Assembly (NCBI GenBank): GCA_951406725.2
Contig: OX597827.1
Location: 35,340,001 to 35,404,000 of the forward strand
Source of the DNA: Octopus vulgaris
Lineage: Eukaryota
Reading direction: 5' to 3'
DNA: 64,000 nucleotides
Positions 40,791-56,060 of this stretch are shown here, piece by piece. The translations under genes were made by a program, and so were the position numbers. The notes beneath the pieces are model-generated. The model ran no database searches, had not been told where the DNA came from, and saw only the letters and a list, made by a program, of their open reading frames with translations. Numbering within the stretch: position 1 is the stretch's first letter; every line of letters starts with the position of its first letter.

Positions 40791-41068
40791 AAATTATGAA
40801 TAAACCACTGGCACATTATAAACCATTCCAGTGTTGGTTTTTGTTGTATTTTATATTCCTAACACACTGGTTATATCTACTGTGAAGTTAATTAATTCCC
40901 GTGTGTCTTTCCCTATCTTCTAAATGCGCGTGCTCATTCGGAGATCGATAGCATCAAACGAAATTGCTAAACCGTCTTGTTATTTTTGTCAGTTTGATAA
41001 ATGACAAAATAAATATTTTGGCCAAGAAACCATTGGTAACTGTGTTTCACAAGGCTTTTGAAATTTTC

Positions 41069-42946
<1,878 letters not shown>

Positions 42947-42949
42947 TTC

Positions 42950-43145
42950 TACAAAAGACACAAGACGTGAAATTTGTGGGGAGGGGACTAATCGATTACA
43001 TCGACTCCAGTGTTTCACTGGTATTTAATTTATCGACCCCGAAAGGATGAAAGGCAAAGTCGAGCTCGGCGGAATTTGAACTCAGAACGTAAAGACATGA
43101 AATACTGCTAAGCATTTCGCCCGGCGTGCTAACGCTTCTGCCAGT
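42950..43145 (-). mobile_element. SINE family A
   Basis: tatcgaccccgaaaggatgaaaggcaaagtcga..cggcggaatttgaactcagaacg...ctaacgcttctgccag. Confidence 0.88.
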
Positions 43146-43174
43146 TCATATAACGGTCTTGCACGCTTTCCAAA

Positions 43175-43300
43175 ATCCACTCAATGGCCGGCCGGGGCTA
43201 TGGTAGAAAGACATTTGTGCAAGATGCCGCGCAATGGGAGTGAACGCGAAACTATGTGACTACAAAGCAAGCTTCTAAACCACACAGTCATGCGCCAACA
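43175..43300 (-). mobile_element. SINE family C 5' part, diverged
   Basis: caaaatccactca...ggctatggtagaaagacatttgtgcaagatgccgcgca..ggga.tgaac...aagcaagcttct.accacacag. Confidence 0.7.
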
Positions 43301-43814
43301 CATTTTCTTCCACTTACGTCTATGCATATTTATATACACCATGATATTAATCAGATATAAAACATAAAAAGAAATATGTATGTCCTCAATAAAGCGCAAA
43401 AATTCCAGATACAAGTACACGCACGCGCATACACACATACGCACATATATAAACACACACATACAATCACAGACACACAGGTACACTTCAACCTACACAT
43501 AAATACTATGAAAGACTGTGTGGTCACGGATGAATTGTCTTTGAACATAGGTTTGCTTTATCAAAGCTGACTTGGGTCCAAAACGTAACAAGATATCATT
43601 TAAACACACCTGGAATAGTATTTTACGATACATGTCTCAATATGTGACCCATTGTTACGCTTTCAACAACGTCAACTATGGAACGAAATGGAAAGATATA
43701 ATGACAATCTTCAACATAATGAAACTGCTTTATGAACGTCTCATAATGTATGAAGCTGAACAGAAATAAGAACCTTTATACATGGATCCTGCTAAGAATA
43801 TTCATTCTTGTACA

Positions 43815-44210
43815 CAGGCTCAGGCATAGCTGTGATGTTAAGAAGCTCACTTTCTGACCACATGGTTTCAGGTTCAGTCCCACTGCACGGCGCTTGGGTA
43901 TCTTCTACTATGGCCGACCAATGCCTTGTGAGCGAATTCGGCAGGCGGAAATTGTGTGGAAGATATTCATGTAAATGTGTGTGTGCGCACGCGCGTGCCA
44001 CTTAGTATTTGTGTTTTTCCCCACTATCACTTCAAGACAGGTGTTGGTTTGTTTATGTCCTTAAAGCAGCGATTCGGCAAAAGGGACCGGTAAAATAAGT
44101 ACTAGACTTTAAAAAAAACAAATACCGGGAGTCAGTTCGCTTGACTAAATCCCTTCCAGGTGGTAACCCAACGTGGCCACAATCCAATGCCTGAAAACTG
44201 CAAAAGCTAA
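43815..44210 (+). mobile_element. SINE family C, diverged full-length
   Basis: Head, CORE-like segment and tail are all recognisable against the 15985 copy. Confidence 0.8.
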
Positions 44211-45034
44211 AATAATAATAACGAAGTATTTATTATACAAGTAATTGGCACATTCTATGACACACAATTACGATACGCTCATTAGTGAATCTCTGCATCA
44301 TCGATCACTTTGCTAGAAATAGCAGTCAAATCCTTTTCAAATAATGATTTGGTACATTGAACCATGCTGTCGTAAATATACCTGTAAACGTCGAAGGGTC
44401 ACGGCTGAAACGCTTTTGAAGTTTGCTCAGCTTGCTCCAAAGTGACCAGGGGCTAAATAGCAACAACTCGCCGATACATATACCAAAAAAGTGCAGTCAT
44501 AGACGCACAAATACACTTACAGACACACACATATGCATGCGCGCACACACACACATATTCATATAGTATTTCTCCCAGCCATTTTTGTCGCAGATAGATA
44601 GATAGTTGTATACTGACAGAAATGGCTGGGAGAAATACTATAGGAATATAGGAGAGAGCTAGAGAATTATATACACATACACGCTATATGCACATACACG
44701 CTATAGTCAATAAAAGACCTATAATGGCGGTGAGATTATATTTTACCTGACGAGGTCTTATAAGGCCGAAACATGTCCAGAGTTGTATTACATCTCTAAT
44801 TAATACTAATTAATTAAATTGGCAGGCTCTCCCTGCTTTGTTTGTTTTGGCTAGAATTACTTCTTCAAATAGAAATTTTTCTTCTCGTTAAGAATATTAA
44901 TATCGATTTACTAAAATTTCTTGTCTGCCTACATTTTGTGATAACTCCGATATCGTTATTCATAAATAGGTAGCTATACATGTAAATACACGTCTCTCTA
45001 CGGTCATACTATCATAGATACACACACACACTGA

Positions 45035-45067
<33 letters not shown>

Positions 45068-45395
45068 ACTCACACATACGTTTAAACGTATAGCCAATGC
45101 TGTCAACCACAATGTCAGATTCGGGCAAATATAGACGCCTTACTCATCCTTTTGTACATAAGAGAAATTAAACAAACGAGAAAAAAACATGCCGAAAAGA
45201 AACAACATCGCTTCTTCTCCATCAGTCACGCCTGCCTGAGATATTCATCATACTTATCTTACTATCTCCTTCATTCATTCATTCTCTCTCTCTCTTTCCC
45301 TCCCTGTCCCTCACTCTCTCTCTCTCCCTCTATTTATCTGTCTGTCTGTCTCTTTTATTTTCTCATTTTCAGAATGATGTAATCTATCTACCTAC

Positions 45396-45472
<77 letters not shown>

Positions 45473-46119
45473 CACCTGTTGTGAATCTATATTTTGCGCT
45501 GTCCAATTCGGTCACTTTCCTGTAATCTTTCACCATAGATAGATAACTCTATATCAATACCCGTGTTTTTTTTACTTTCGTAAATTCTTCCATTTCTCTC
45601 TACTTTTCTGTCAATCTATATTTCGCAGTTTCATTATTATTATTATCGCTATTTTTCTTTATTTTGCTGGCTCTCTCGCTCTCTCCCTCTCCTTCCATCC
45701 CCCTCTCTCTCCGCTACTTTTCTTTTAACCTCCCACTCTCACTTACAATATTTCTCACTTTTTCTCTCCCTCATTTTTTTCCTTCTTCACCTTCCTTCCT
45801 CTCACTCGTTGCGCTTCCTCCATATACTACTCTCAACCCTCTCTCAGTCTACCTTGTCTATCTCTCTCTCTTGCGCAAAACCTCGGCAGCCGACCGAACT
45901 TGCAAGTGGAGGTTTCGTTTAGTTTTACAAGTGGAGGTTTCGTTTAGTTAAGCAACTACAGCTTAATCAGAGAATACCTAATCGAATAGAGGAGATTTTT
46001 ATAAGACACAAGGCCGGACACTGGACAATCATGTACTGACCGGTAAGCTTATCTATCTATCTTTTTCTACCTATCTATCCCTACACATGTAATCAATAAT
46101 TTGTCTATGCGTGTTCCTG

Positions 46120-46206
<87 letters not shown>

Positions 46207-46699
46207 CTCTGTGTGTGTGTGTCTGTGTGTGTGTGTCTGTGTGTCTGCTGTGTTTACTCTATAAATGCTATGCTTGTGTGTATATTTGTTCTAGTATTTA
46301 TCTCTTTGCTTCTAAAATTTGACACTTCATATAAATTTGCCGGTCTTTACGTATCGAACTGTTTTGGAGCATGAAGGAGGGATAGGGATCTCTATTTGTA
46401 GATGGGACTTTACCTACTATAAAATGTGTCGGTCCAACAACCATTTACGTCGTGCAGGTGAGTGTGGGGACGGGGCGTATGTGTGTGTGCGTGTGTATGC
46501 TTGGATGTGTGCGTGTGTATGCGTGGATGTGTGCATGTGTTGTGACAGTTGATACCATATGTATACTCAATTCCTTCAAAATATTTTTCGCTTAAGGTCG
46601 ATCTCAAGGTCTGCATCTAAACTGTAGTAAAAAAGGGAGCTGTTAAGGGGGTTGTTTGTGTCATACACATCAATACACACACACACTCTCTCTCTCTCT

Positions 46700-46771
<72 letters not shown>

Positions 46772-46809
46772 CGTGTGTGCATGCATGTACGTATGTATAT
46801 ATACAAAAT

Positions 46810-46840
<31 letters not shown>

Positions 46841-47026
46841 TGGGCTTCCATGGATTGCAAAGTATCATCGAGTTTAATGGAAAATGTATATTACGAAACT
46901 CCAGGGAACTCAAGAAACTGTGTTGTGAGATCATTCATAAAAGACCTGTGTATCTGGATGATGCAGCAAGAAACATGCGTACACACATGCATCCTTCCAT
47001 TCATCCATCCACCCATCCATCCATAG

Positions 47027-47068
<42 letters not shown>

Positions 47069-47113
47069 GCATTCACATACTTAGGTAGACACACACGCAC
47101 ACACACGGACACA

Positions 47114-47166
<53 letters not shown>

Positions 47167-47214
47167 ATGTATTGTATGTATATTAATGCATCTCAATGCA
47201 GAATGTATAAACTA

Positions 47215-47670
47215 AGGTGGCGAGCTGGCAGAATCGTTAGCACACCGGTCAAAATGCCCTGTGGGATTTCATCCTTTACGTTTTGAGTTCAAATATCGCC
47301 GTGGTTGACTTCGCCTTTCATCCTTTCCCGGTTGATAAAATAAGTACCAGTTGAACATTGGGGTCCATGTATAAGGCTTACCTCCTTCCACGAAATTGCT
47401 GGCCTTGTGCCAAATTTTAAAACCAATATTTAGTGAGTAAGCTACGGCGGCGAGTCGGCAGAATGGTTAACACGTCTGGCAATATACTTAGCGGCATTCC
47501 TTCCGTCTTGATGTTCTGAGTTCAAATATCGCTGAGGTCTACTTTGCCTCTCATCCCTTGGGTGTCAATAAAATAAGTAGCAGTTGAACACTGGGTTAGC
47601 CCTTAGGTAGATGTAATCGGCTTACCCCCTTCCCCGAAATTGCTGGCGAAATACCAAAAACTGAAACTAA
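47215..47670 (+). mobile_element. Two adjacent SINE family A copies
   Basis: aggtggcgagctggcagaatcgttagcac (47215) and ggcggcgagtcggcagaatggttaacac (about 47446), each with core and gaaattgctggc tail. Confidence 0.88.
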
Positions 47671-48433
47671 TATTTTATGTGTAAACATAGATCATATGTT
47701 TATATATATATATATGTAGTACAAAGTAAGATAGGGGTTATGGGTGTAACCCACTATGGGATATCATTTATCCAATATACTGTTGGTAAAGTACCCAAAT
47801 TCTTAATACATAAATGTTTTTAATTGCAATGCAATTAATTCATTTATTGTATGTATGTATGTATGTATGTATGTATGTATGTATGTATGTATGTATGTAT
47901 GTATGTATGTATGTATGTATGTATGTATGTATGTATGTATGTATGTATGTGTGTGTGTATGTATGTATGTATGTATGTATGTATGTATGTATGTTAACAT
48001 ACATATATTATACGTTGTTATGTATATATACCTGATAAGTATCTTTCTACACATAAACACGCATATTATATTAATATACATATGTGTGTATAGCGTGTGT
48101 CTGCGTGTTATTAAATTATCACTTGGCGTTGTGTCGTTGAGAACAATATCATCATCCCCACATCTATACCAGACGAGACCACACCGTCTATTTTTCCCTT
48201 CCAGACATACTATATATAATATTTTATCTAATGTTTTCTCATTATCTATTAGCTGGGAGTTATTCTCTCTGGGTGATTTGTTCGCTATTTTTAGAAACTC
48301 TAGTGACCATGTAGAAGCCATAGGCTCCGTCTCGACCTTGGACCTATCAATATAAACAATATATGTACATGTCAGCTGGCAAATAGTCGACAAGAAATGG
48401 CAGCCAAATATCCCCCAACTCACACCTGACTGC

Positions 48434-48504
<71 letters not shown>

Positions 48505-48517
48505 TATATATATATAT

Positions 48518-48549
<32 letters not shown>

Positions 48550-48746
48550 TATATACGCATGTATACATACATAGGTACATGTATACATTTATACATACGT
48601 ACATATATGAATTTATACATATATACATTATATATATATATGTGTATATATATATATTTATATGTATATATATATGTGTGTGTGGGCGTGCGCTCGAGCG
48701 TTTACGTCTATACACACGCACACATATATGTATGTATGTATGTATG

Positions 48747-48797
<51 letters not shown>

Positions 48798-49305
48798 GCA
48801 TGTATGTGTGAGTATGTGTGCGTGGGGGAGTGTATGCGCACGTTTGTTTATGTGTAAGGGTAAGAGGAAAGCGCAGTGTTGTTGCGGAGATATTGCCGGT
48901 GACCTCGAAGTATTGTTGTGTGAGCTAATTGTCAAAGGCGTGCTAGCCGAGGCCATCTCAAGGCGTTTTTTCAGACTTGCGATCCTTCTTTTGTAAAAAT
49001 GTCACGTCTGGCTTAGCTGCTGTTTCTCGCCGGAGAGTCTCTCCCTATTTGACTCAGAGACTCCAGTTCTTCAGTTTGGTTTCGATTCCATATAAGAATG
49101 ACGTCACTAATGTCACGCACACAAATGCACACATACGCACACAGACACAAACAAACACACACACACACACACATACATATATGTATGTGTGTGTGTATAT
49201 ATGCGTATGTATGTTTGTATATATGAGTGTATGTGTATATATGTATGACTGTATATATGTTCATACATGTATGTATGTACCTATGTATGTATGCATGTAT
49301 GCATA

Positions 49306-49338
<33 letters not shown>

Positions 49339-49377
49339 AAGTGTATGCATGTATGTGCGTGTATATGAAAGAGTATG

Positions 49378-49434
<57 letters not shown>

Positions 49435-49487
49435 ATGTGTATATATATATGTGTATATATATATGTGTATATATATATGTGTATATA

Positions 49488-49573
<86 letters not shown>

Positions 49574-50175
49574 TATGAATATGGGCATACGTACGTATGT
49601 TTTTCTGGTTTAATTTCTGAAACTTCTCACCAAAGAAAATAGACCCAGTTTCTAATGCAGAAACAATATCAAAGGGATTGGGGTATACCCTTGTATGTAA
49701 GTATTTCTATGCACATACGTACATATATGTATGCATATATCTATATGTGCTTTTATATACTGTATGCAATTGTGTATATGTATATATGTGTCTTCATATG
49801 CATCCATTTCTTGTATACATATAAGTTTGTGTACGTATGTATGTATGAATATTCACGTATGAATGCACGCAAACACATACATATGAATGTATAGACGTTT
49901 ACAGGTGCGAATGTATGAATATATCTAAGTATGTATATACGTGTTTATCTAGTGTATAAAATGTCATGTTTATGCAAATTAACATTATGGATCAAATTTG
50001 AATGCATATAAACTAACCGTACATAGGTATAAAAAATTGTGTATGAACTTCTCTGACTATTTAGGCAGCTGGGAACATACAAATATACATAGTGGACACA
50101 TAAGCTTCAGGATTTGCATATGTAAATCTATACATGAATATTAATATACACATTCATAAATGCATATATATACAC

Positions 50176-50219
<44 letters not shown>

Positions 50220-50232
50220 GTATGTATGTATG

Positions 50233-50276
<44 letters not shown>

Positions 50277-50453
50277 ATATATATCATATATATATGCATG
50301 TGTGTATACGCACACACACACACACACACACAAACATATTGTGATTCATAGACAGTTATATAAATAGCAGGATCGATATATTTCAACGAGGATTCGCGTA
50401 TGTGCATGAATGTATGTATAACTGCTAATATATATATGTATATATATATATAC

Positions 50454-50492
<39 letters not shown>

Positions 50493-50685
50493 CATATACA
50501 CATATACCTTCATACACGCACATACATACATGCATACATACATACATACATGCGTAGTACTTCGGTATTTCGTCATATCACAGACTTTCATAACTTCCTA
50601 CATGTGCACGTGTAGGTATATATTTGTGCATGTATGTATGCATGCATACATACATACATACTCACACCCATTCACACACACACAG

Positions 50686-50726
<41 letters not shown>

Positions 50727-51135
50727 TACACATGTATATATATATATGATAAGGATCTGTAGACGAAGAAAATATACTCTGTACTGGAGTGTGGTGTATA
50801 TTTTAATAGACAATGAAACGTCTTGGAGTATCACTGTGAATTTCACGTTGCCCACTTTCCAAGCGACTCCCCAAAATAATGAGCAGTAAAAAACTCACGA
50901 TTTCCAACGGTGTCACTACTAGTTTTAATGAGGGTGCGTGCGCGTGTGCGTTGCTGCTTGCTCTGTTGTTGATTTTCTTTAAGTGCTGTCGGTGTGGAAG
51001 TGATCAGACCCAGATACCAGTTGACCTCCATTATGTATGTGTGTGTGTGTGTATGCGTGTATGCGTGTGTGTGTGTATATATGTGTGTGTATGAATGCAT
51101 GTATATATATATATTTATGTACCAATCTATATACA

Positions 51136-51173
<38 letters not shown>

Positions 51174-51199
51174 TATACATACATACATATACAAACACA

Positions 51200-51237
<38 letters not shown>

Positions 51238-51344
51238 ACATTATACATACATATATGCTAATTATATATATATTCTCACACATAATACATACACACAGAC
51301 ATGTGTGTGTGTATAAAATATACATACATATATATATTTATATG

Positions 51345-51398
<54 letters not shown>

Positions 51399-51532
51399 AT
51401 GAGAGAGGGGGAGAACGGGGGAGATGGATATAGATATAGATATAAATATATATGAAGAGGAGAGTGACAATACCTCGATCAGTTTCGACATAAAACATTG
51501 GCATTTACACACACGCACAAACACACACACGT

Positions 51533-51612
<80 letters not shown>

Positions 51613-51819
51613 ACTTATATAACAATCAGCTAATCTTATTTTAAGATACGTATAAATACATTTCCTCATGTTTATATTCATGAATACACGAATATAAATC
51701 AATATGTTTGAACGTAATGTGTTAGGGGTGTCTGTGTCTATATTGTGTGAGTGTTTGTATGTATGTATGTATGTGTGTGTTTGTGCGTATGGGTTTGTAT
51801 ATCATTTATCTTTGGTCTC

Positions 51820-52075
51820 TAGCTTGTTCCAGTCAATGGACTGCGGCTATGCTGGGGCACCGGCTTTAAAGTTTTTCAGGAGACCGAATTGGCTCCTGTA
51901 CTCTTTTTTTTTTTTTAAATCTGGTACTTATTCTATCGATCACTTTTGCCAAACCGCGAATTTACATTGACGTAAACAAACCAATACCAGTTGTCAATAC
52001 ATGGAGAGAGACAAACTCAAACACACACACAATGAGATATATACATACATAAATACGACGGGGTTCTTTCAGCTT
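51820..52075 (-). mobile_element. SINE family C
   Basis: gactgcggctatgctggggcacc...ggtacttattctatcg...acgacggggttctttcag. Confidence 0.75.
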
Positions 52076-52099
52076 TGTATGTATGTATGCATGTATGTA

Positions 52100-52153
<54 letters not shown>

Positions 52154-52247
52154 AAAATACATACATATAGGTACATATATACAAACATACATACATACGT
52201 ATATACATACATACATACATACATACATACATACATACATACATACA

Positions 52248-52319
<72 letters not shown>

Positions 52320-52323
52320 TATA

Positions 52324-52718
52324 AGGTGAGCTGGCAGAAACGTTAGCACGCCGGGCGAAATGCGTAGCTGTATTTCGTTTGCCGTTACGTTCTGAGTTCA
52401 AATTCCGCCGAGGTCGACTTTGCCTTTCATCTTTTCGGGGTCGATAAATTAAGTACCACTTACGCACTGGGGTCGATATAATCGACTTAATCTGTTTGTC
52501 TGTCCTTGTTTGTCATCTCTGTGTTTAGCCCTTTTTGGGTAGTAAAGAAATAGGTATTATGTCTGTCTTTACGTTATGAGTTCAAATTCCGTCGAGGTCG
52601 ACTTTGCCTTTCATTCTTTCGGGGTCGATAAATTAAGTACCAGTTGCGTACTTGGGTCGATCCAATCGACTGACTCCTCCCCCAAAATTTCAGGCCTTGT
52701 GCCTAGAGTAGAAAAGAA
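52324..52718 (+). mobile_element. SINE family A, dimeric form
   Basis: Same head-core-tail-core-tail layout as 23567-23960. Confidence 0.9.
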
Positions 52719-52719
52719 T

Positions 52720-52762
<43 letters not shown>

Positions 52763-53439
52763 CACACACATACACGCATACACATATATATACATTTAGC
52801 CTTCTTTATAATGTGTATATGTGTGTGTGTGTGTGTATGTGTGTGTGTGAGAGAGGAGAAAGAGAAAGAGGTAGACAGACAGAGAGTGAGGACATGTGTC
52901 TCTAGATATACACGTAAGCATTTACTTATGAATATGTTACTACGCATGCATCGACGTTATAGGGATTCTTGGAGTGCTTCTGTCCTTGCCCTTTTACACA
53001 TCAGAAGTACACTTTAAATGGACGTTCCAAAATATATTTTATATAGATTACACGTTACTAACTTGTTTTCCAGCTACTGCTTCTACTGTTACTAAATCAA
53101 TATACAAAAAGTCCAACTCGGTGCAGTTACCAATGTGTAAATAATAAAACTAATATTTTTTTTTTTTTAATATATGATGTACTAACCAGCATGTTGTGAC
53201 CTTCACATTTTGATATTAAATTTATATTTACAAACAATACAAGTTTCCTTAAACGTGAATAAATACATCTTGATTATTTTTTATATATATATATATAAAA
53301 TGATGCAGTTTTTTTTTTCCTGCAAATACGGCAATTGATCCTTCTAACCTTCTAAATAACTGCTCTCTCTCTTATCACCTCCAACTACTCAATATGTTTG
53401 GCTTTGTATTTATGTTACAATCATTATTATTTCTATTAT

Positions 53440-54040
53440 TGAGGCAGAGGCCAAGCAGAATCGTTAGCAATCCGGGTGAAATGCTTGTAGCATTTCGTCC
53501 GTTTATATATTCTAAGTTCATATTCCGCTGGGGTGGACTTTGCCTTTCATCCGTTCGGGGTCAATAAAATAAGTAATCGACTATCTCTTCCCCCGAAATT
53601 GCTGGCCTTGTGCCAAAATTTGAAACCATTATTAAGGCGGCGAGCTGACAGAAACGTTAGCACGCCAGTCGAAATGCGTAGTCGTATTTCGTCTGCCGTT
53701 ACGTTCTGAGTTCAAATTCCGCCGAGGTCGATTTTGCCTTTCATCCTTTCGGGGTCGATAAATTAAGTACCAGTTACGCACAGGGGTCGATATAATCGAC
53801 TTAATCCGTTTGTCTGTCCTTGTTTGTCCTCTCCGTGTTTAGCCCCTTGTGGGTAGTAAAGAAATAGAAATAGGTATTTCGTCCGTCTTGACATTCTTGG
53901 TTCGAATTCCAACGAGGTCCACTTTGCCTTTGATCCATTCGGGGTCGATGAAATAGGTACCAGTTGAATACTGAGTTCGATGTAATAGACCTACCCCGTA
54001 CCCCAAAATTTCAGGACTTGTGCATATAGTAGGAAGGATC
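53440..54040 (+). mobile_element. SINE family A cluster (monomer followed by dimer)
   Basis: Heads at about 53441 and 53635; three cores. Confidence 0.88.
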
Positions 54041-54049
54041 ATTATTATT

Positions 54050-54527
54050 ATTTGACGAAAACTGTCAGCTTATTTTGCTAGGTATGGTGGAAAGTGTCAG
54101 CTGTCCACAGTCAGCAGACTAAGGTGGCACTTGTTTACTGATCATGCTTCAAGAACCCTGCAGAGAACCCTTTCAGTTTCAAACAATGACGATTTTTGTA
54201 GATGTTCTCCCTTCATATTTGTACCAATCTTTTTGAGCCGCGTTGGTAGTTGAGTACCGATACTTCCAAGCGTGCCAATTACTACTGGTATCACGTCCAT
54301 TCTCTTCATTGCCCACAGCCTGCGTATTTCCCTCTTCAAATCATCATAGGTGTTCAGTTTTTCTTCTTTCTCTTTAATCCTGTTGTCAACGGGACATGCC
54401 ATGTCGATTATCATGCAAGTTCTTTCTTTTTTATATAACCCTAACCCTAACCACAACAATATCAGGCTTCCGATGTCTGATCTGATGGTCACGCTGAATC
54501 ATTGCATCCCACGGGATTTTGCAGTCT

Positions 54528-54528
<1 letters not shown>
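54050..54528 (-). mobile_element. R4/Dong-like LINE, 5'-truncated REL fragment
   Basis: KDCKIPWDAMIQRDHQIRHRKPDIVV..KKERTCMIIDMACPVD..KEEKLNTYDDLKREIRRLW..VIPVVIGTLGS..LQKSSLFETERVLCRVLEA*; the 3' UTR ends in aataataat. Confidence 0.88.
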
Positions 54529-54601
<73 letters not shown>

Positions 54602-54708
54602 AAGAAGAAGAAGAAGAAGAAGAAGAAGAAGAACAAGAAGAACAAGAAGAAGAACAAGAACAAGAACAAGAACAACAACAACAACAACAACAACAGCCAC
54701 AATTATTG

Positions 54709-54758
<50 letters not shown>
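54529..54758. repeat. Compound trinucleotide array (TAA)n-(GAA)n-(GAACAA)n-(CAA)n, then (TTA)n
   Basis: Direct reading. Confidence 0.95.
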
Positions 54759-54760
<2 letters not shown>

Positions 54761-54972
54761 GGTGGCGAGCTGGCAGAATCATTAGCTCGGTTGACGAAAT
54801 GCTTAGCGGTTTTTCAGCCGTCGCTCCGTTATGAGTTCAAATACTGCCGAGGTCTATTTTGCTTTTCATCCTCTCGGGGTCGATAAAACAAGTACCAGTT
54901 AAACACTGGGGTCGATGTAAGCAACTCATCCCTTTCACCGAAATTGCTACTCTTATGGCAAAATTTGAAATT
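54759..54972 (+). mobile_element. SINE family A
   Basis: aaggtggcgagctggcagaatc...gagttcaaatactgccgagg...cggggtcgataaaacaagtaccag. Confidence 0.85.
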
Positions 54973-55044
54973 TATTATTATTTGCGCAGAGGCGGTACCA
55001 TGGCCAATGAGGTAAATCCGAGGCGTGGTTATTGCTAGTTGAAA

Positions 55045-55127
<83 letters not shown>

Positions 55128-55689
55128 CATTGTTATTATTGCTATTATCAATATTGCGATGAAATTGGTTGGGCTTCGACAAAAGCAACGAAAATGTATA
55201 TTGATATATATAATTGTTTTCGGATATCATTACCTCAGAATGTATGTAATATCTTGAGAGCATTCTTAAACTAACAAATAGAACAAATACATAAGCTCTA
55301 TGATGTAAGGTATATCACAGATGTTTCAAAATTTAAGAAACTGAAAAAACAGATCGTTGAAATACCGTTGTATATGAGACAGTATCCTTCCTCACACTGA
55401 TTATGTTCATGTTAATTTATAAGATGAGATCCGTCACGCTTGTCATTTTTGTTCATTTTCGTCTCTTAATATACTGTCATTCACATTTAAATTGACAAGG
55501 CTTCTTTGGACTGGTGAGTCCAAAGGCTTGCCTAATATGACAGTATCACCTAAAACCCTCGAGATGCCTACATTGCACAGAGTGCCTCATCTAAGCCTAT
55601 CTATATGTACAGTATACCTCATCTAAAAAGAAATGCTCTCAAACTATTTTCAGACTGACAAAATAAGTCTTCGACTACTTATTTTAATC

Positions 55690-56060
55690 TTTTACCTTTT
55701 ACTTGTTACAATCATTGGACTGCAGCCATTCTGGAGCATCACTTTCGTGGGTTTTAGTTAAACAAATCGATTCTAGTGCTTATGTTTTCCTAAGCCTAGT
55801 AATTATTCTATCAGATTTTATTGCTAACCTCATAAGTTACGTAAAAAAAAAGCAATACCGGTTATCAAGCAGCGGCGGAGGCGACAAGCACAGACAAAAT
55901 GACACGCATACAAACATAGAAGCGCGCGCGCGACGGACTTTCGCACAGTTTCTGTCTACCAAATTCACTCACAGGGCCATTGTAGAAAACACCAAAGGTG
56001 CCACGTAGTCGAACTGAACTTGAAACCACGTATTTGCCAGACGAGCTTCTTAACCACGCA
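55690..56060 (-). mobile_element. SINE family C, strongly diverged
   Basis: ttttacttgtt..aatcattggactgcagcc...cagtttctgtctaccaaattcactcac..ggtgccacgtag..gactgaac. Confidence 0.7.
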
